Below, piece by piece: positions 47,730-56,935 of a DNA stretch of 64,000 nucleotides. The DNA lies in IMG/VR virus record IMGVR_UViG_3300035696_000005, positions 1 through 64,000 of that record; one strand, written 5' to 3'. A program made the position numbers and the translations under genes. How positions within the stretch are numbered: position 1 is the first letter of the stretch; each line of letters begins with the position of its first letter. This DNA is from a virus. The notes beneath the pieces were generated by a model. That model did no database searches. It was not told where the DNA came from and worked only from the letters and a program-made list of their open reading frames with translations.

Positions 47730-47953
47730 ATTCTCGTCCTATGTTTCCTATCCCACTCTTCGCAGGCTTTTTTGTGGGCTTCGATTTCCTCTTCTCTACA
47801 ACACTGGGGATCTGGGGAGAAGTCGTGTGGATTCTCTGGTCTGAAAAACCCGTATCCAAACTGCTCCTCCCCCTCCTCGTCGATGTAGACGTAGCTGCCA
47901 ATTCCCCAGCCGTTGCCGCAAACGTGAACATGGATCTTATTTTCATCTGTCAT
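47726..47953 (-). CDS. Hypothetical protein
   Basis: Coupled ORF. Confidence 0.55.
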   Translation of the reverse strand: MTDENKIHVHVCGNGWGIGSYVYIDEEGEEQFGYGFFRPENPHDFSPDPQCCREEEIEAHKKACEEWDRKHRTRI

Positions 47954-47954
47954 A

Positions 47955-49829
47955 TTATTTCGTCCAATAAGGAACTAGGTGCCCTTCCACAGTGACAGGC
48001 ACTCGGCTACAATAGCGCTGCCCGCATTCAATCATGATCTTCTTTTGAAGTTCATGAACTTCTTGTGCGTCTTTCTTTGCTGCATCAAGGACTGTCTCGT
48101 CATAGACCGAGTTGTAGAATCTGACATCATAGTTTCTCCGTTTGAACTCCCTTCTCATCTCTGCCATGGAAACTTTGGTCCATTCCACGTTGGTGGACTG
48201 GATATCAAAGTTGGCCGACTCACGCTCAATTGCAGCCCACTGCATTTTGACTTTCTCATGCGCAAGCTGGTTGATCTTGGTTTCTTCCTGGATACTGAGA
48301 TCCTTGTTTAGATTCTTCTTACCCAAAAACTCAAGTTTGACTGCAGCCTGAGCCTTATAGAAGTTAGGAGCAGTCCAACGTCTTTTTCTTCCAATGACGT
48401 TGATCATCTCCAGGTTCTTTCTCCCAAGCTTCTTATTGGCATCAAGATACTTGATCGCAACTTTGAAGGTCTCTTTGTAGCGCCTGAAGAGTTCCTGGCA
48501 TTCCTCTAGCGTAACCTTATGACCTTCAGCATTGAGCTTGGCATAAAGCTTAGCCGGTCCCATTCCGTAAGCCAGACCGAAATTAAGCGTCTTCGTAGGT
48601 GTACGGATGGGGTCGTCTTTGAGCACCTCTCGGTTAAATAGCATCGAAGCCACATAACAGTGGAAGTCGACACCTCGATTGAAACCCTCAACCATCAATG
48701 GATCACCTGAGCGATCAGCAAGAATCCTGAGCTCAGCTCCTGAAAAATCCACGGTTGAAATCAATCTTCCGAAATCAGTTACGAATGCATGGCGGAAGCG
48801 TTTTTCTCTAGGGACGTTCAAGATGTTGGGCTTAGGACAGGTGGGTCGTCCCGTATCAGTTCCCAGTTGGTCAATCCTAGGATGAATTCTTCCCGTGGTG
48901 GGATGAATTGCATCCAAGTAAGGCTGTCCATAAGTGCCAAGTGCCTTTTGTGCTTCTCGGTAGTAATCAAGCGCTTTGATTACCGGAAGGTGCCCAATCT
49001 TCTTTCGAGTCGCGTCGTTCGTATCGGAGATCTTGGCTCCGTCAACTTTGATTCCCATTCTCTGGAGTCCATAAAGGATCGTTGGTTGGGAAGCATAGTT
49101 GATATCCAAATTGCCGAATAGGTCGCGATCAAAGAAGGGCTCAAAAAACGTCCCTAGATTGGATTCAGCCTCCTTCATCTTTTTGTAGTTGTCATCCATG
49201 ATCTTTCGCCAGGCGGGTTCGTCGATCTTAAGACCGTGAAAGTAAATATCGGCGAAAGCAGGGATCACGTTATTTTCGATTTCCCAAGCCTTGGTAATCC
49301 CTTGAGCTATGATCTCTTTATTCATAGCATCGTGGAGAGGAAATAGATCGCTTGTATCTTCAGCAGCGTATTGAAGCTGATCCAAGGTGAACTCACCCTT
49401 GTGTCCGATAAAGCTCTTTTGGAGACTCTTATCTCTTTCCTTACCCAGGTACTTTTTGGTTATGGCTTCCAAACTGAAACCGTCCCATTGAACACCAGCA
49501 CCTAAAAGCTTTTCGCCTAGATGTAGACACTTCAATCCTTCGACTTCAATTCCACATGTTCCTTTGACCATGGAATAATCGAAAAAGAGATAGACACCGA
49601 TCTTAGCGATGTCCTCGCGCTCAAGGGGTTCTTTCAAAGCGAGAAGACATCTCACATCTTGGGTATCAATCAGATAGGTCTTTTCTCGGGTTGAGATCGA
49701 AACAAGGACAACCTTGTCTGTATGCGGATCAAGGCCCGTGGTTTCCGTATCGAATGCGATCTCAGGTTCGACGAGGAGTTGCTTTGCTAGTCTTTCGACC
49801 TCGCTTGGGGTTCTCAGGTAAAGATACAT
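47955..49829 (-). CDS. polA: Family A DNA polymerase (3'-5' exonuclease plus polymerase)
   Basis: FDTETTG, YAAED, TGR, DFSGAELRILA, KTLNFGLAYG, VYDE; GGAG RBS before MYLYL. Confidence 0.92.
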   Translation of the reverse strand: MYLYLRTPSEVERLAKQLLVEPEIAFDTETTGLDPHTDKVVLVSISTREKTYLIDTQDVRCLLALKEPLEREDIAKIGVYLFFDYSMVKGTCGIEVEGLKCLHLGEKLLGAGVQWDGFSLEAITKKYLGKERDKSLQKSFIGHKGEFTLDQLQYAAEDTSDLFPLHDAMNKEIIAQGITKAWEIENNVIPAFADIYFHGLKIDEPAWRKIMDDNYKKMKEAESNLGTFFEPFFDRDLFGNLDINYASQPTILYGLQRMGIKVDGAKISDTNDATRKKIGHLPVIKALDYYREAQKALGTYGQPYLDAIHPTTGRIHPRIDQLGTDTGRPTCPKPNILNVPREKRFRHAFVTDFGRLISTVDFSGAELRILADRSGDPLMVEGFNRGVDFHCYVASMLFNREVLKDDPIRTPTKTLNFGLAYGMGPAKLYAKLNAEGHKVTLEECQELFRRYKETFKVAIKYLDANKKLGRKNLEMINVIGRKRRWTAPNFYKAQAAVKLEFLGKKNLNKDLSIQEETKINQLAHEKVKMQWAAIERESANFDIQSTNVEWTKVSMAEMRREFKRRNYDVRFYNSVYDETVLDAAKKDAQEVHELQKKIMIECGQRYCSRVPVTVEGHLVPYWTK

Positions 49830-49974
49830 TTTGGATCTCCTCGGATTCACGGACGGTTGGAACATCGCGCCATTCAAAATCGGCAGCGTTCGATCCTCTG
49901 ATTCTATATTGAAGAACCTTCCAAAGCTTGCCTGGAGGCGTGTGTTCAGGCACGTAATATCTGAGCTCGATCAT
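49762..49974 (-). CDS. Hypothetical protein
   Basis: AGGAG RBS; overlaps the polA start. Confidence 0.45.
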   Translation of the reverse strand: MIELRYYVPEHTPPGKLWKVLQYRIRGSNAADFEWRDVPTVRESEEIQNVSLPENPKRGRKTSKATPRRT

Positions 49975-50041
49975 TGTGATTCTCCTAAGTTTTAGTATCC
50001 ACTCCGTTTGAGCGCAGGTGTTAATACAGAACTTGCATGAG

Positions 50042-50305
50042 TTATTTCCATATCGCTATGTTGTCATAACGTTCATCTTGATAGTCACAGGTCGATGAAT
50101 CTATAATTTTTTCAATTTGAGTCCAGCCGGGTTCGCCATCGGACCAAAGGACCTCAGTAATACTTCTACCTTCAAGTGCCGTGATTTTCCGAATAAGCAT
50201 GTCTGGAACACTTTTGCCTGTACAAACTCCGCCAGCTACAGTGTATTGAATAATGTAACGAATTTTTTCAAGGAACCAGTCGAGATCTGCTTGGTTTTTA
50301 GCCAT
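50042..50305 (-). CDS. Hypothetical protein
   Basis: Start at MAKNQADLD. Confidence 0.6.
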   Translation of the reverse strand: MAKNQADLDWFLEKIRYIIQYTVAGGVCTGKSVPDMLIRKITALEGRSITEVLWSDGEPGWTQIEKIIDSSTCDYQDERYDNIAIWK

Positions 50306-50315
50306 AGTGATTTTC

Positions 50316-50495
50316 CTAAGCTTTAATGTTGAGAATTTCGCCTTTTGGGCTGAACTCGATTGTAAAATGAGATTCGTCAAAGTGCAGATCGATATAAATT
50401 CTATCCCCACAGTCGCTTTCATCTAGATCCACTCTTGTAAGCAGTTTGCTAAAGACGCTGCGAGTCTTGTCGAGATCTGTTTGTTTCTTTGCCAT
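50316..50495 (-). CDS. Hypothetical protein (absent from the ORF track)
   Basis: GGAGG RBS; MAKKQTDLD..., 59 aa. Confidence 0.65.
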   Translation of the reverse strand: MAKKQTDLDKTRSVFSKLLTRVDLDESDCGDRIYIDLHFDESHFTIEFSPKGEILNIKA

Positions 50496-50514
50496 GATAA
50501 CCCTCCTTGCAAAT

Positions 50515-50539
50515 CTTATAACGGAGAATCAGTCAGTTT
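50515..50539 (-). promoter_or_regulatory. AAA-N-G-N-TATAAG promoter-like motif
   Basis: CGAAACTGACTGATTCTCCGT-TATAAG. Confidence 0.55.
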
Positions 50540-51057
50540 CGTGCGTACAAAGAGCCTGCTCTACGCAGGGTGCCAACATAGAAACCTTCGGTGGCGTAGT
50601 AAACAGGATTACTGATACCGAAGTTGGCGAGTTGGTGGATGGGAAGCTCGGAAGGAGTGAAGACGATAATCTTTCCAAACTCTTTGATCACTCTCCAGGC
50701 GTGAGAAAGAAACTCAGAACGAATAGCAGGATCTGAAGCGCACACAATAAGAAGATCTGCGCTGCCAGAATCAAAACCACTAAGATCGCGAGCCATCCCA
50801 GCTCCACGACAAATCTTAGGATTTTGGTCCTCAAAGTCGACTGCATCAGAAAACTCTTTTTCGCGCTTATCTGAGGATAAGGTGCTGGGCACAATGATGG
50901 TCGCCTCTAAAGCATACCCTGGAAATAGTCCCGCAAGTTCAGAAAGGTGGCTTCCGCCTACAATAATTGTATGCAGTCTTTTGGGAGGTTCAGTAAAAGG
51001 CTCAGCACTCTTTATGAACTTCGGAATTGATGCGGCTTTTGCAATCGCCTCGAACAT
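50533..51057 (-). CDS. Rossmann/methyltransferase-like protein
   Basis: DSGSADLLIV...AWRVIKEFGKIIV resembles class I SAM-MTase C-terminal motifs. Confidence 0.45.
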   Translation of the reverse strand: MFEAIAKAASIPKFIKSAEPFTEPPKRLHTIIVGGSHLSELAGLFPGYALEATIIVPSTLSSDKREKEFSDAVDFEDQNPKICRGAGMARDLSGFDSGSADLLIVCASDPAIRSEFLSHAWRVIKEFGKIIVFTPSELPIHQLANFGISNPVYYATEGFYVGTLRRAGSLYARN

Positions 51058-51078
51058 GACTTAAGTGTAGCACAAAGC

Positions 51079-51507
51079 TTAAGGTGAGATGATACTTCTG
51101 ATGAAAAGATCAGTGAACTTAGGCTCGTACCTAATCCAGATGATCTTTTTTGGATTGAAATCCGTATCAATAATTGGCATGCCACCCGTATCTGTGTAGC
51201 GAATGTAGCCCAGAGCTCGAAGCTTAGTGAGCCCTCCTGCAACTGTATTTGGGTGAAAACCACATTGCTCGAAACCCCAGATAATGTTACCAAGCATCCC
51301 TTCAGCAACAAAGCCCGCTTTCTTAAAACATTTGTTGAGTTCGATAAAGACCATACAGGCCGCACTTCCATCTCCCACGTCAGCAGGGATATGGGTTAAA
51401 CCATGATAAGGTGTTAGAATGACTTTTAGTGGCTCCTGGGTCGGGTCTTGCAAAATCGATGAAGGGAGGTAAAACTCCTGCATTGCTTTTTTAGGCTTTT
51501 GTTCCAT
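51079..51507 (-). CDS. Hypothetical protein (winged-helix-like C-terminus)
   Basis: TVAGGLTKLRALGYIRY. Confidence 0.55.
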   Translation of the reverse strand: MEQKPKKAMQEFYLPSSILQDPTQEPLKVILTPYHGLTHIPADVGDGSAACMVFIELNKCFKKAGFVAEGMLGNIIWGFEQCGFHPNTVAGGLTKLRALGYIRYTDTGGMPIIDTDFNPKKIIWIRYEPKFTDLFIRSIISP

Positions 51508-51537
51508 AGTGAGTTCCCGATCAAAGAATACTGTACT

Positions 51538-51566
51538 TGTCGCCCTAAGCCAAGTAGCTTAGAATG
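51538..51566 (+). promoter_or_regulatory. Sigma70-like promoter of the head operon
   Basis: TTGTCG-17 nt-TAGAAT. Confidence 0.5.
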
Positions 51567-51574
51567 GGAAGAAC

Positions 51575-51907
51575 ATGTTTATCCATGGATTTCAAAAACT
51601 TGCAGTCGCCGTCGTAACGCTTAGCCCTGAAAAGTACTACGAAATCGTTCGTGAGAAGGACCCTTATGTTGGGGCTCTTACAGGTGCGGCAGCAGGAGCT
51701 GCAGCTGGCGGTGCTAAGGGCGCTAAGGGTAAGAAAGCAAAGGCTGCCTTAGTTGGAGCGGGCATTGGTGCTGCAACTGGCGCAGCCACTGGCGGACTTG
51801 TTAGCAAAGGCTTAAAACACTATCAAGCACGCCGTGTTGAAAGATTGGCTCGTGAGCTAAGGCTGAGGGCAACTCCTGCACGATTTAGTTCCCACGACAA
51901 GGATTAG
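51575..51907 (+). CDS. GFxKxA-motif glycine-zipper protein
   Basis: MFIHGFQKLA; GALTGAAAGAAAGG...GAGIGAATGAATGG. Confidence 0.75.
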   Translation: MFIHGFQKLAVAVVTLSPEKYYEIVREKDPYVGALTGAAAGAAAGGAKGAKGKKAKAALVGAGIGAATGAATGGLVSKGLKHYQARRVERLARELRLRATPARFSSHDKD

Positions 51908-51966
51908 TCTCCATAGCGTGACTTGCAAGCGTTTGATATGATTGGACTGAAAGGGAGACTTCTATC

Positions 51967-52842
51967 GTGGCTGAGTATCGAGATAAGGAAACATTAAACA
52001 CTTTTGCCAAAATTGCCGCAGATGAATATCTAGGCAGTAACAAAACTTCTCTTAACACGACGCTTAAGAAAATCGCCTCTCAAGAACACCTCACTCCCTT
52101 CCAAATTGAATACGTCGCATCAGAAGCCAACAAGGCTGTTTGGGGGAAACTCTTTTCTATGGATAAACAAGCAAGTTACGATTTCCCTCTGGCTGATTCT
52201 AAAGAGGTCCTAAAAGATCTGCAGGTAAGTAATTCACCAGGCGAGGTAAAGACTGCGGATCTAGACTACCTGAGTCCTCCGGTTTCCACCAAGATTGCTT
52301 CTTTTGATCCTCTCAAAGCTATGGGCTTTGTTGAGGAGAATATTGAAAAGAGCGCATCAGCTCGCAAGGAAGTTAAGAGACAACTCCAATACCGTCTTGA
52401 GAAAGTCTCGCATGCCAAAGAAGAACTAGAGCGTGAGCTTTACGTTGCGAACACGAAGATCGAGGAGCTTGAAACAAGTTTTGTAAAGACAGCTCGAAAC
52501 ATGATTCTGGAATATCCTTTTGAGCAGCGCGGTGAAGCGATGGATAAGATTGCCGAGTTTCTTCGTGCCTCAAGTGAAAAGCCCGACCAAAACCGAATGC
52601 TCATCAAAAAGCTCGCACACGTGATGAAGAGGCAGGGGCTTGTTAAAGAGGCCGACCTGAAAGCTCCCGAGCAGTACATCAGTGATAAACTTCCTTGCCG
52701 TGTTGTAAACGGACGACATCAACTCTCCGTTCTCGTGAAAACCATCATGGATCAATACGACTGGAGAGATACGCTTTTCCATCGCTATGAAATCGTAGAT
52801 AGCAGTCTGCCTACGATTAAGGAGAAGATCCGTGAGCTTTAG
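51967..52842 (+). CDS. Probable head/core protein
   Basis: Repeated K-x-A (FAKIAA, LKKIAS, TKIAS, EKSAS). Confidence 0.65.
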   Translation: MAEYRDKETLNTFAKIAADEYLGSNKTSLNTTLKKIASQEHLTPFQIEYVASEANKAVWGKLFSMDKQASYDFPLADSKEVLKDLQVSNSPGEVKTADLDYLSPPVSTKIASFDPLKAMGFVEENIEKSASARKEVKRQLQYRLEKVSHAKEELERELYVANTKIEELETSFVKTARNMILEYPFEQRGEAMDKIAEFLRASSEKPDQNRMLIKKLAHVMKRQGLVKEADLKAPEQYISDKLPCRVVNGRHQLSVLVKTIMDQYDWRDTLFHRYEIVDSSLPTIKEKIREL

Positions 52843-53050
52843 AGATGGCTTCGATAAAACAGCAGGCATTGTCAGTGTAATTGGCAAAGGTGCCAAAATG
52901 CTTGGCAAGGGACTTACTCGCGCTGCAAGTGGCAACATCTCTAAGCCTCTGGGTCTAATGGATTATGCTGCTGCAGGTCTAACGGCTGCGGGTGCTGCAG
53001 GACAAGCAAAAGATATGTCTCAGCAGATGAGACAGGCTGCCATGAGGTAA
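52832..53050 (+). CDS. Small GFxKxA-motif protein
   Basis: MSFRDGFDKTA (GTG start). Confidence 0.7.
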   Translation: MSFRDGFDKTAGIVSVIGKGAKMLGKGLTRAASGNISKPLGLMDYAAAGLTAAGAAGQAKDMSQQMRQAAMR

Positions 53051-53053
53051 AGG

Positions 53054-54337
53054 ATGAAGAAGCTTGATTTCTCCTTCGATTCCTTGCAAAAGAACCAAGG
53101 ATTTACGAAGGGATTCATGGACAAGCTTTCTGAGGATCTGAGACATCTAGAGAAGGTGTCGGCAGCTCCTGGCACTTTATCTCAAACCTTAAAGTTCATG
53201 CTTCCTCATCTCGGTATGGCTCTAGGTGCTGCGGCTCTAACTGGCACTTATGGTTATTTTGCAGCCAAGAAGAAATATGAAGAGCACGCGGATAAACTCA
53301 AAAATAGTTTTGATGCCCTTTTGCTCACCAATAAGGACTTCAATAAAAATCCGAGTCAGTTTGTTCAAAGATTTTCCGAGCTCTCGCTAATATCTCCGAC
53401 GGTAGCTGCTAACCCAACGCTTGCTCAAAAGATCATCACACCTCGACTCGACAAAGGTTTTGATCTAGATGATGTGCACCGCCTGTCGTCGATTGAATAT
53501 CACTCAACTGTCACACCTAAACCCATGGAACCAGCGTCTTCTGCTCACGCACATGCTGCGGCTACACTAGGACGCGCTGCTGAGATCATGTATCCGATTC
53601 TCATCACGCAGCGGCTGGTTGCTCCGGTTGCAAAAGAAGTTCACCAAACCAAAGAGAAAGTACAAACGTTACCCACGGTAGCGGACATTCCGGCACCCAA
53701 GGTAATTGTTAACAAAGACGCTCTCGAAGCCATTAGGAAGAAACTTGGAGGATCTGTGCTAGGACATAAAAAAGAAGGATCGGATGATCAGCAATGGGTC
53801 AGCGATGAGTGTCTAGGCAAGATGCTAGCAGATCGCTATTGTATGTTTAAGACGGCAGGTATCGTGCCAAAGGCCGTATCAAACGTTCTCAAATCAAGTG
53901 GCAACGCCATGCACGACTACGTGAAGATCATGGCTCTTCCTTTAGCTATCGGTGGCGGTATCAAACTGGTCAGTGACATTATGAAGAGGAAGGCTGATGC
54001 ACAGACAGAACGCCAGGCAGACCAGGTCTTTTCGGGACTAAAACGCACGAACTCTTACGTTCAAGAAAACCCAGAACTTGCTGCTCAGGCATTTGATACG
54101 CTCCGCTCATTTGCTCCGGCTTTAGCTGCAAAACCATTGGTTGCAAAAACTTTCGTTGAGCACGTAATCACATCCGATGGACGCATTCCTCCGGATACTG
54201 CAAATATGCTCGCTTCGACGCAACAGCTTGTGAATCGCCTCAATGAAGCTACTGGTGGCGGGTTTGTTGAAGGGCTCAAGAGTCCGATGTCTCTTTTCAA
54301 GCACACCATCTCTTCTAAGAAGGGCGAAAAAGAGTAA
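53054..54337 (+). CDS. Probable internal virion protein with duplicated TM-plus-helical domain
   Basis: GFTKGF near the N-terminus; two similar domains (..SPTVAANPTLA / ..APALAAKPLVA). Confidence 0.65.
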   Translation: MKKLDFSFDSLQKNQGFTKGFMDKLSEDLRHLEKVSAAPGTLSQTLKFMLPHLGMALGAAALTGTYGYFAAKKKYEEHADKLKNSFDALLLTNKDFNKNPSQFVQRFSELSLISPTVAANPTLAQKIITPRLDKGFDLDDVHRLSSIEYHSTVTPKPMEPASSAHAHAAATLGRAAEIMYPILITQRLVAPVAKEVHQTKEKVQTLPTVADIPAPKVIVNKDALEAIRKKLGGSVLGHKKEGSDDQQWVSDECLGKMLADRYCMFKTAGIVPKAVSNVLKSSGNAMHDYVKIMALPLAIGGGIKLVSDIMKRKADAQTERQADQVFSGLKRTNSYVQENPELAAQAFDTLRSFAPALAAKPLVAKTFVEHVITSDGRIPPDTANMLASTQQLVNRLNEATGGGFVEGLKSPMSLFKHTISSKKGEKE

Positions 54338-54339
54338 TT

Positions 54340-56277
54340 GTGGACAAGCGATTGATTCTTCCTCAGAACATCGGGGATAGAAGGGACGTCTACTTCGTCA
54401 AAGAAGATAGGCAGTTTCTGCGCAAGCACGCATCAAGCTACCACCCGAAGATTGCTGAATATATCGAGAAGGCAAAGCCCATCCCGAACCTGATTCAGGT
54501 TCTGCTCACAGCCCTTGGCGCTTACGAGTTCTGGGGACAGAATGTAAACGGGGATCGCTTTAGGGTTCCTGCTCTCACTCACGAAGGCAGCGATTACGGC
54601 TACCAAACGTTTACTTCTAACGCTAACTATTTCACCCATCACGTGAATAAAGATCCAGCACTCGCTAAAGGGCAAGTGCTTCATGCTGTGTGGAACGAGG
54701 CTGGTAAGCGCGTTGAGCTTATCGTGGGAATTAATCCATCTCTTGATCCAGAAGGTGCCGCAATGGTGGATCGTGGAGATGATGTTACGTTCTCCATGGG
54801 AGCCAAAGTCCCCTTTGACGTTTGTTCAATCTGCCATCACAGAGCGAAAACTCGCGCCGAATACTGCGACTGCCTTCGCTATATGATGAATCAGATTGAT
54901 CCGATGTCCAACCAGCTGGTTGGAGCAGACAACCTCTTTCCTAAATTTTTCGATATTAGCCGCGTTTTGATTCCAGCCGATAAAACAGCCCATATGTGGA
55001 CGAAGGTGGCTTCTGCTCTCAATCCGTACAGAGCGCTTGGAAGTGCTCAACTTGCTGAACTTCCTGCGGGCACGCTCAATAACCCGGAATATCTTCTCAA
55101 GAAAGTAGCCGAGCAGCAGGAATTCGCTCGTGAGAAGCTAGGCACACAGAAGATCTCCGCAGTGAGTAAAAACGCCACGATCACAAAGCGGGTCGAGTTC
55201 ACGGCTTCTCCCAAGCTCGTCTCGCGGCTTCAGGAATCTGTCCCAACATCAAAAGCGCTACTTCAAGAAACATCCCCATCTCTTTCAGAAAAATCTTTTG
55301 AGGAGATGGCTAAGAATCATGTATCGCTTCAACAGCTTCTTTCGACAATGGCTGTTTTGGGGATGGAGCCCACACTAGAGGAGTCTGGCCATATCTTAAA
55401 GGCATTCGGTGCTGTGCCCGAACACCTCTCCTTGGGTCCTACACATTTTCATGAAGGCGTTTCCCGTAGGCTTCTTCCTTTGGTTTCCGAGCGCTCTTTT
55501 GCTCGTCCGGTACTTACAAGAAGGATCGTTGGATTAGCAAATAAACTGGATGCCGGAGATGCGGAGACAGTTAAAAAAGCTGAGGCAATCCAAGACATTA
55601 TGTTAAGAAAACCTCAAGACAAAGGAATGCACCCCGGCTATCTTGCGGGTCTAGCTGCAGCACTTTATGCACTCTTTGGTCCTCACGCTACTGGGTTGGC
55701 ACAGGGGATTGGTAAGGCAATGGCGGATTACCCGTACATCCTTCTTCCACTAGGAATGGGGGCTTTGGCTGGGTATAAAGTTCTTTCAACTCCGACGCAG
55801 ACTGGTTTTTATAATGTTGACGATTCTTTAGCCGGTCTCTACAATAAGAGCTACCAGAGTCGTTTTGCGGAAATGCAAGCGCGACCTGTTACGGTTATCA
55901 AAACCGGGGCTGCAAAAGCCGACCCAGAGTTGGCGAAAAAAATCTTCTATGGAGTTCCTGCGATCTATCTTGGATCGAAGGTTCTAAAAGCACGTGAAGA
56001 AAGTCATCCTGAAAAGCAGCCCGGTACAATTTCACATCTCATTGCTTCAAACCCAGAACTTCTCTCAGTTGGACTCATTGGTGAGCACCTTGCCGGACGA
56101 CCAGTTAGTCAAAGGGTTGGGAAGGCAATCGAGTCCGGAAAACGAATTATCAAATCAGCATCAATCCGAGATCTAGAATTTTTAGAGGCTGTTCCTGAAT
56201 CAGAAAGAGAACTGATTTGGGATGTCGCCATCCTTGATGCTGCAGATCGCATTAACAAGAAAGTGTTAGGAGGATGA
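54340..56277 (+). CDS. Prohead maturation protease, putative
   Basis: NVNGDRF, HHVNKD, VELIV, FSMGAKVPFDVCSICH; located upstream of scaffold-like and capsid genes. Confidence 0.7.
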   Translation: MDKRLILPQNIGDRRDVYFVKEDRQFLRKHASSYHPKIAEYIEKAKPIPNLIQVLLTALGAYEFWGQNVNGDRFRVPALTHEGSDYGYQTFTSNANYFTHHVNKDPALAKGQVLHAVWNEAGKRVELIVGINPSLDPEGAAMVDRGDDVTFSMGAKVPFDVCSICHHRAKTRAEYCDCLRYMMNQIDPMSNQLVGADNLFPKFFDISRVLIPADKTAHMWTKVASALNPYRALGSAQLAELPAGTLNNPEYLLKKVAEQQEFAREKLGTQKISAVSKNATITKRVEFTASPKLVSRLQESVPTSKALLQETSPSLSEKSFEEMAKNHVSLQQLLSTMAVLGMEPTLEESGHILKAFGAVPEHLSLGPTHFHEGVSRRLLPLVSERSFARPVLTRRIVGLANKLDAGDAETVKKAEAIQDIMLRKPQDKGMHPGYLAGLAAALYALFGPHATGLAQGIGKAMADYPYILLPLGMGALAGYKVLSTPTQTGFYNVDDSLAGLYNKSYQSRFAEMQARPVTVIKTGAAKADPELAKKIFYGVPAIYLGSKVLKAREESHPEKQPGTISHLIASNPELLSVGLIGEHLAGRPVSQRVGKAIESGKRIIKSASIRDLEFLEAVPESERELIWDVAILDAADRINKKVLGG

Positions 56278-56280
56278 GCA

Positions 56281-56907
56281 ATGGCTACACTACAGGAATT
56301 AATGGCTGAGGTTCTTGGAGAGACCAATCAGGGTCAGGAAAAGACAGCTTCGGCATCCAAGGTTTCTTCGACAGCTGAAGTCGATCAAATGTTGGAAAAT
56401 TTGGGACTCCAAGGTGCAGAATCTGTCAAAACAGCGTCTGCTGCTGCGGAAAAGAAAAATGGAGGAAACATGAGCCTTTCTGATATCTACGAACAAATCA
56501 TGGGCGGAATCGCTCCGGAAGCTGGTCAGGAAAAGACTGCCGCTGCTGGCGACGGTGCTACTCAGACTACTGAAGGTGATGAGCAATCGACCGCATTCGG
56601 CGAACTTGTCGCTGAATACTTTGCTGAGATCGCTGAGCCTTACTACGAAAAAGTTGCTTCTGATCTTGAAACGGAAGCTGGCAAAGGCGAAACCCCGCTT
56701 CAACACGTTCAGACTGGTGGCTCAATGACCACTGCTCTTGGCAAGCCTGCTGAGCCTCGCCTTGAACAGAACCACAGCGCTTCTAGCGGTGCTGCTATCC
56801 ATGCTGCTGTTCAAAACAGCACTCCTTACGCTCTTCGTGAAGCTGCTCTGAAGAAGACGATTCTGAAGCGTATGGCTGCGGCTCCGGTTGGCAACATCGT
56901 TGACTAA
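56281..56907 (+). CDS. Scaffold-like acidic protein
   Basis: EKTASA, VKTASA, EKTAAA, EKVAS. Confidence 0.6.
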   Translation: MATLQELMAEVLGETNQGQEKTASASKVSSTAEVDQMLENLGLQGAESVKTASAAAEKKNGGNMSLSDIYEQIMGGIAPEAGQEKTAAAGDGATQTTEGDEQSTAFGELVAEYFAEIAEPYYEKVASDLETEAGKGETPLQHVQTGGSMTTALGKPAEPRLEQNHSASSGAAIHAAVQNSTPYALREAALKKTILKRMAAAPVGNIVD

Positions 56908-56935
56908 TTCAAAGAGTGAATGAAGGAGATTCCTA

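Noticed and set aside
22467-49829. Inteins or introns in RNAP, TerL or PolA
   Set aside because: Motif spacing is normal or shortened, with no C...HN-type insertion; the HNH ORFs lie outside these reading frames.
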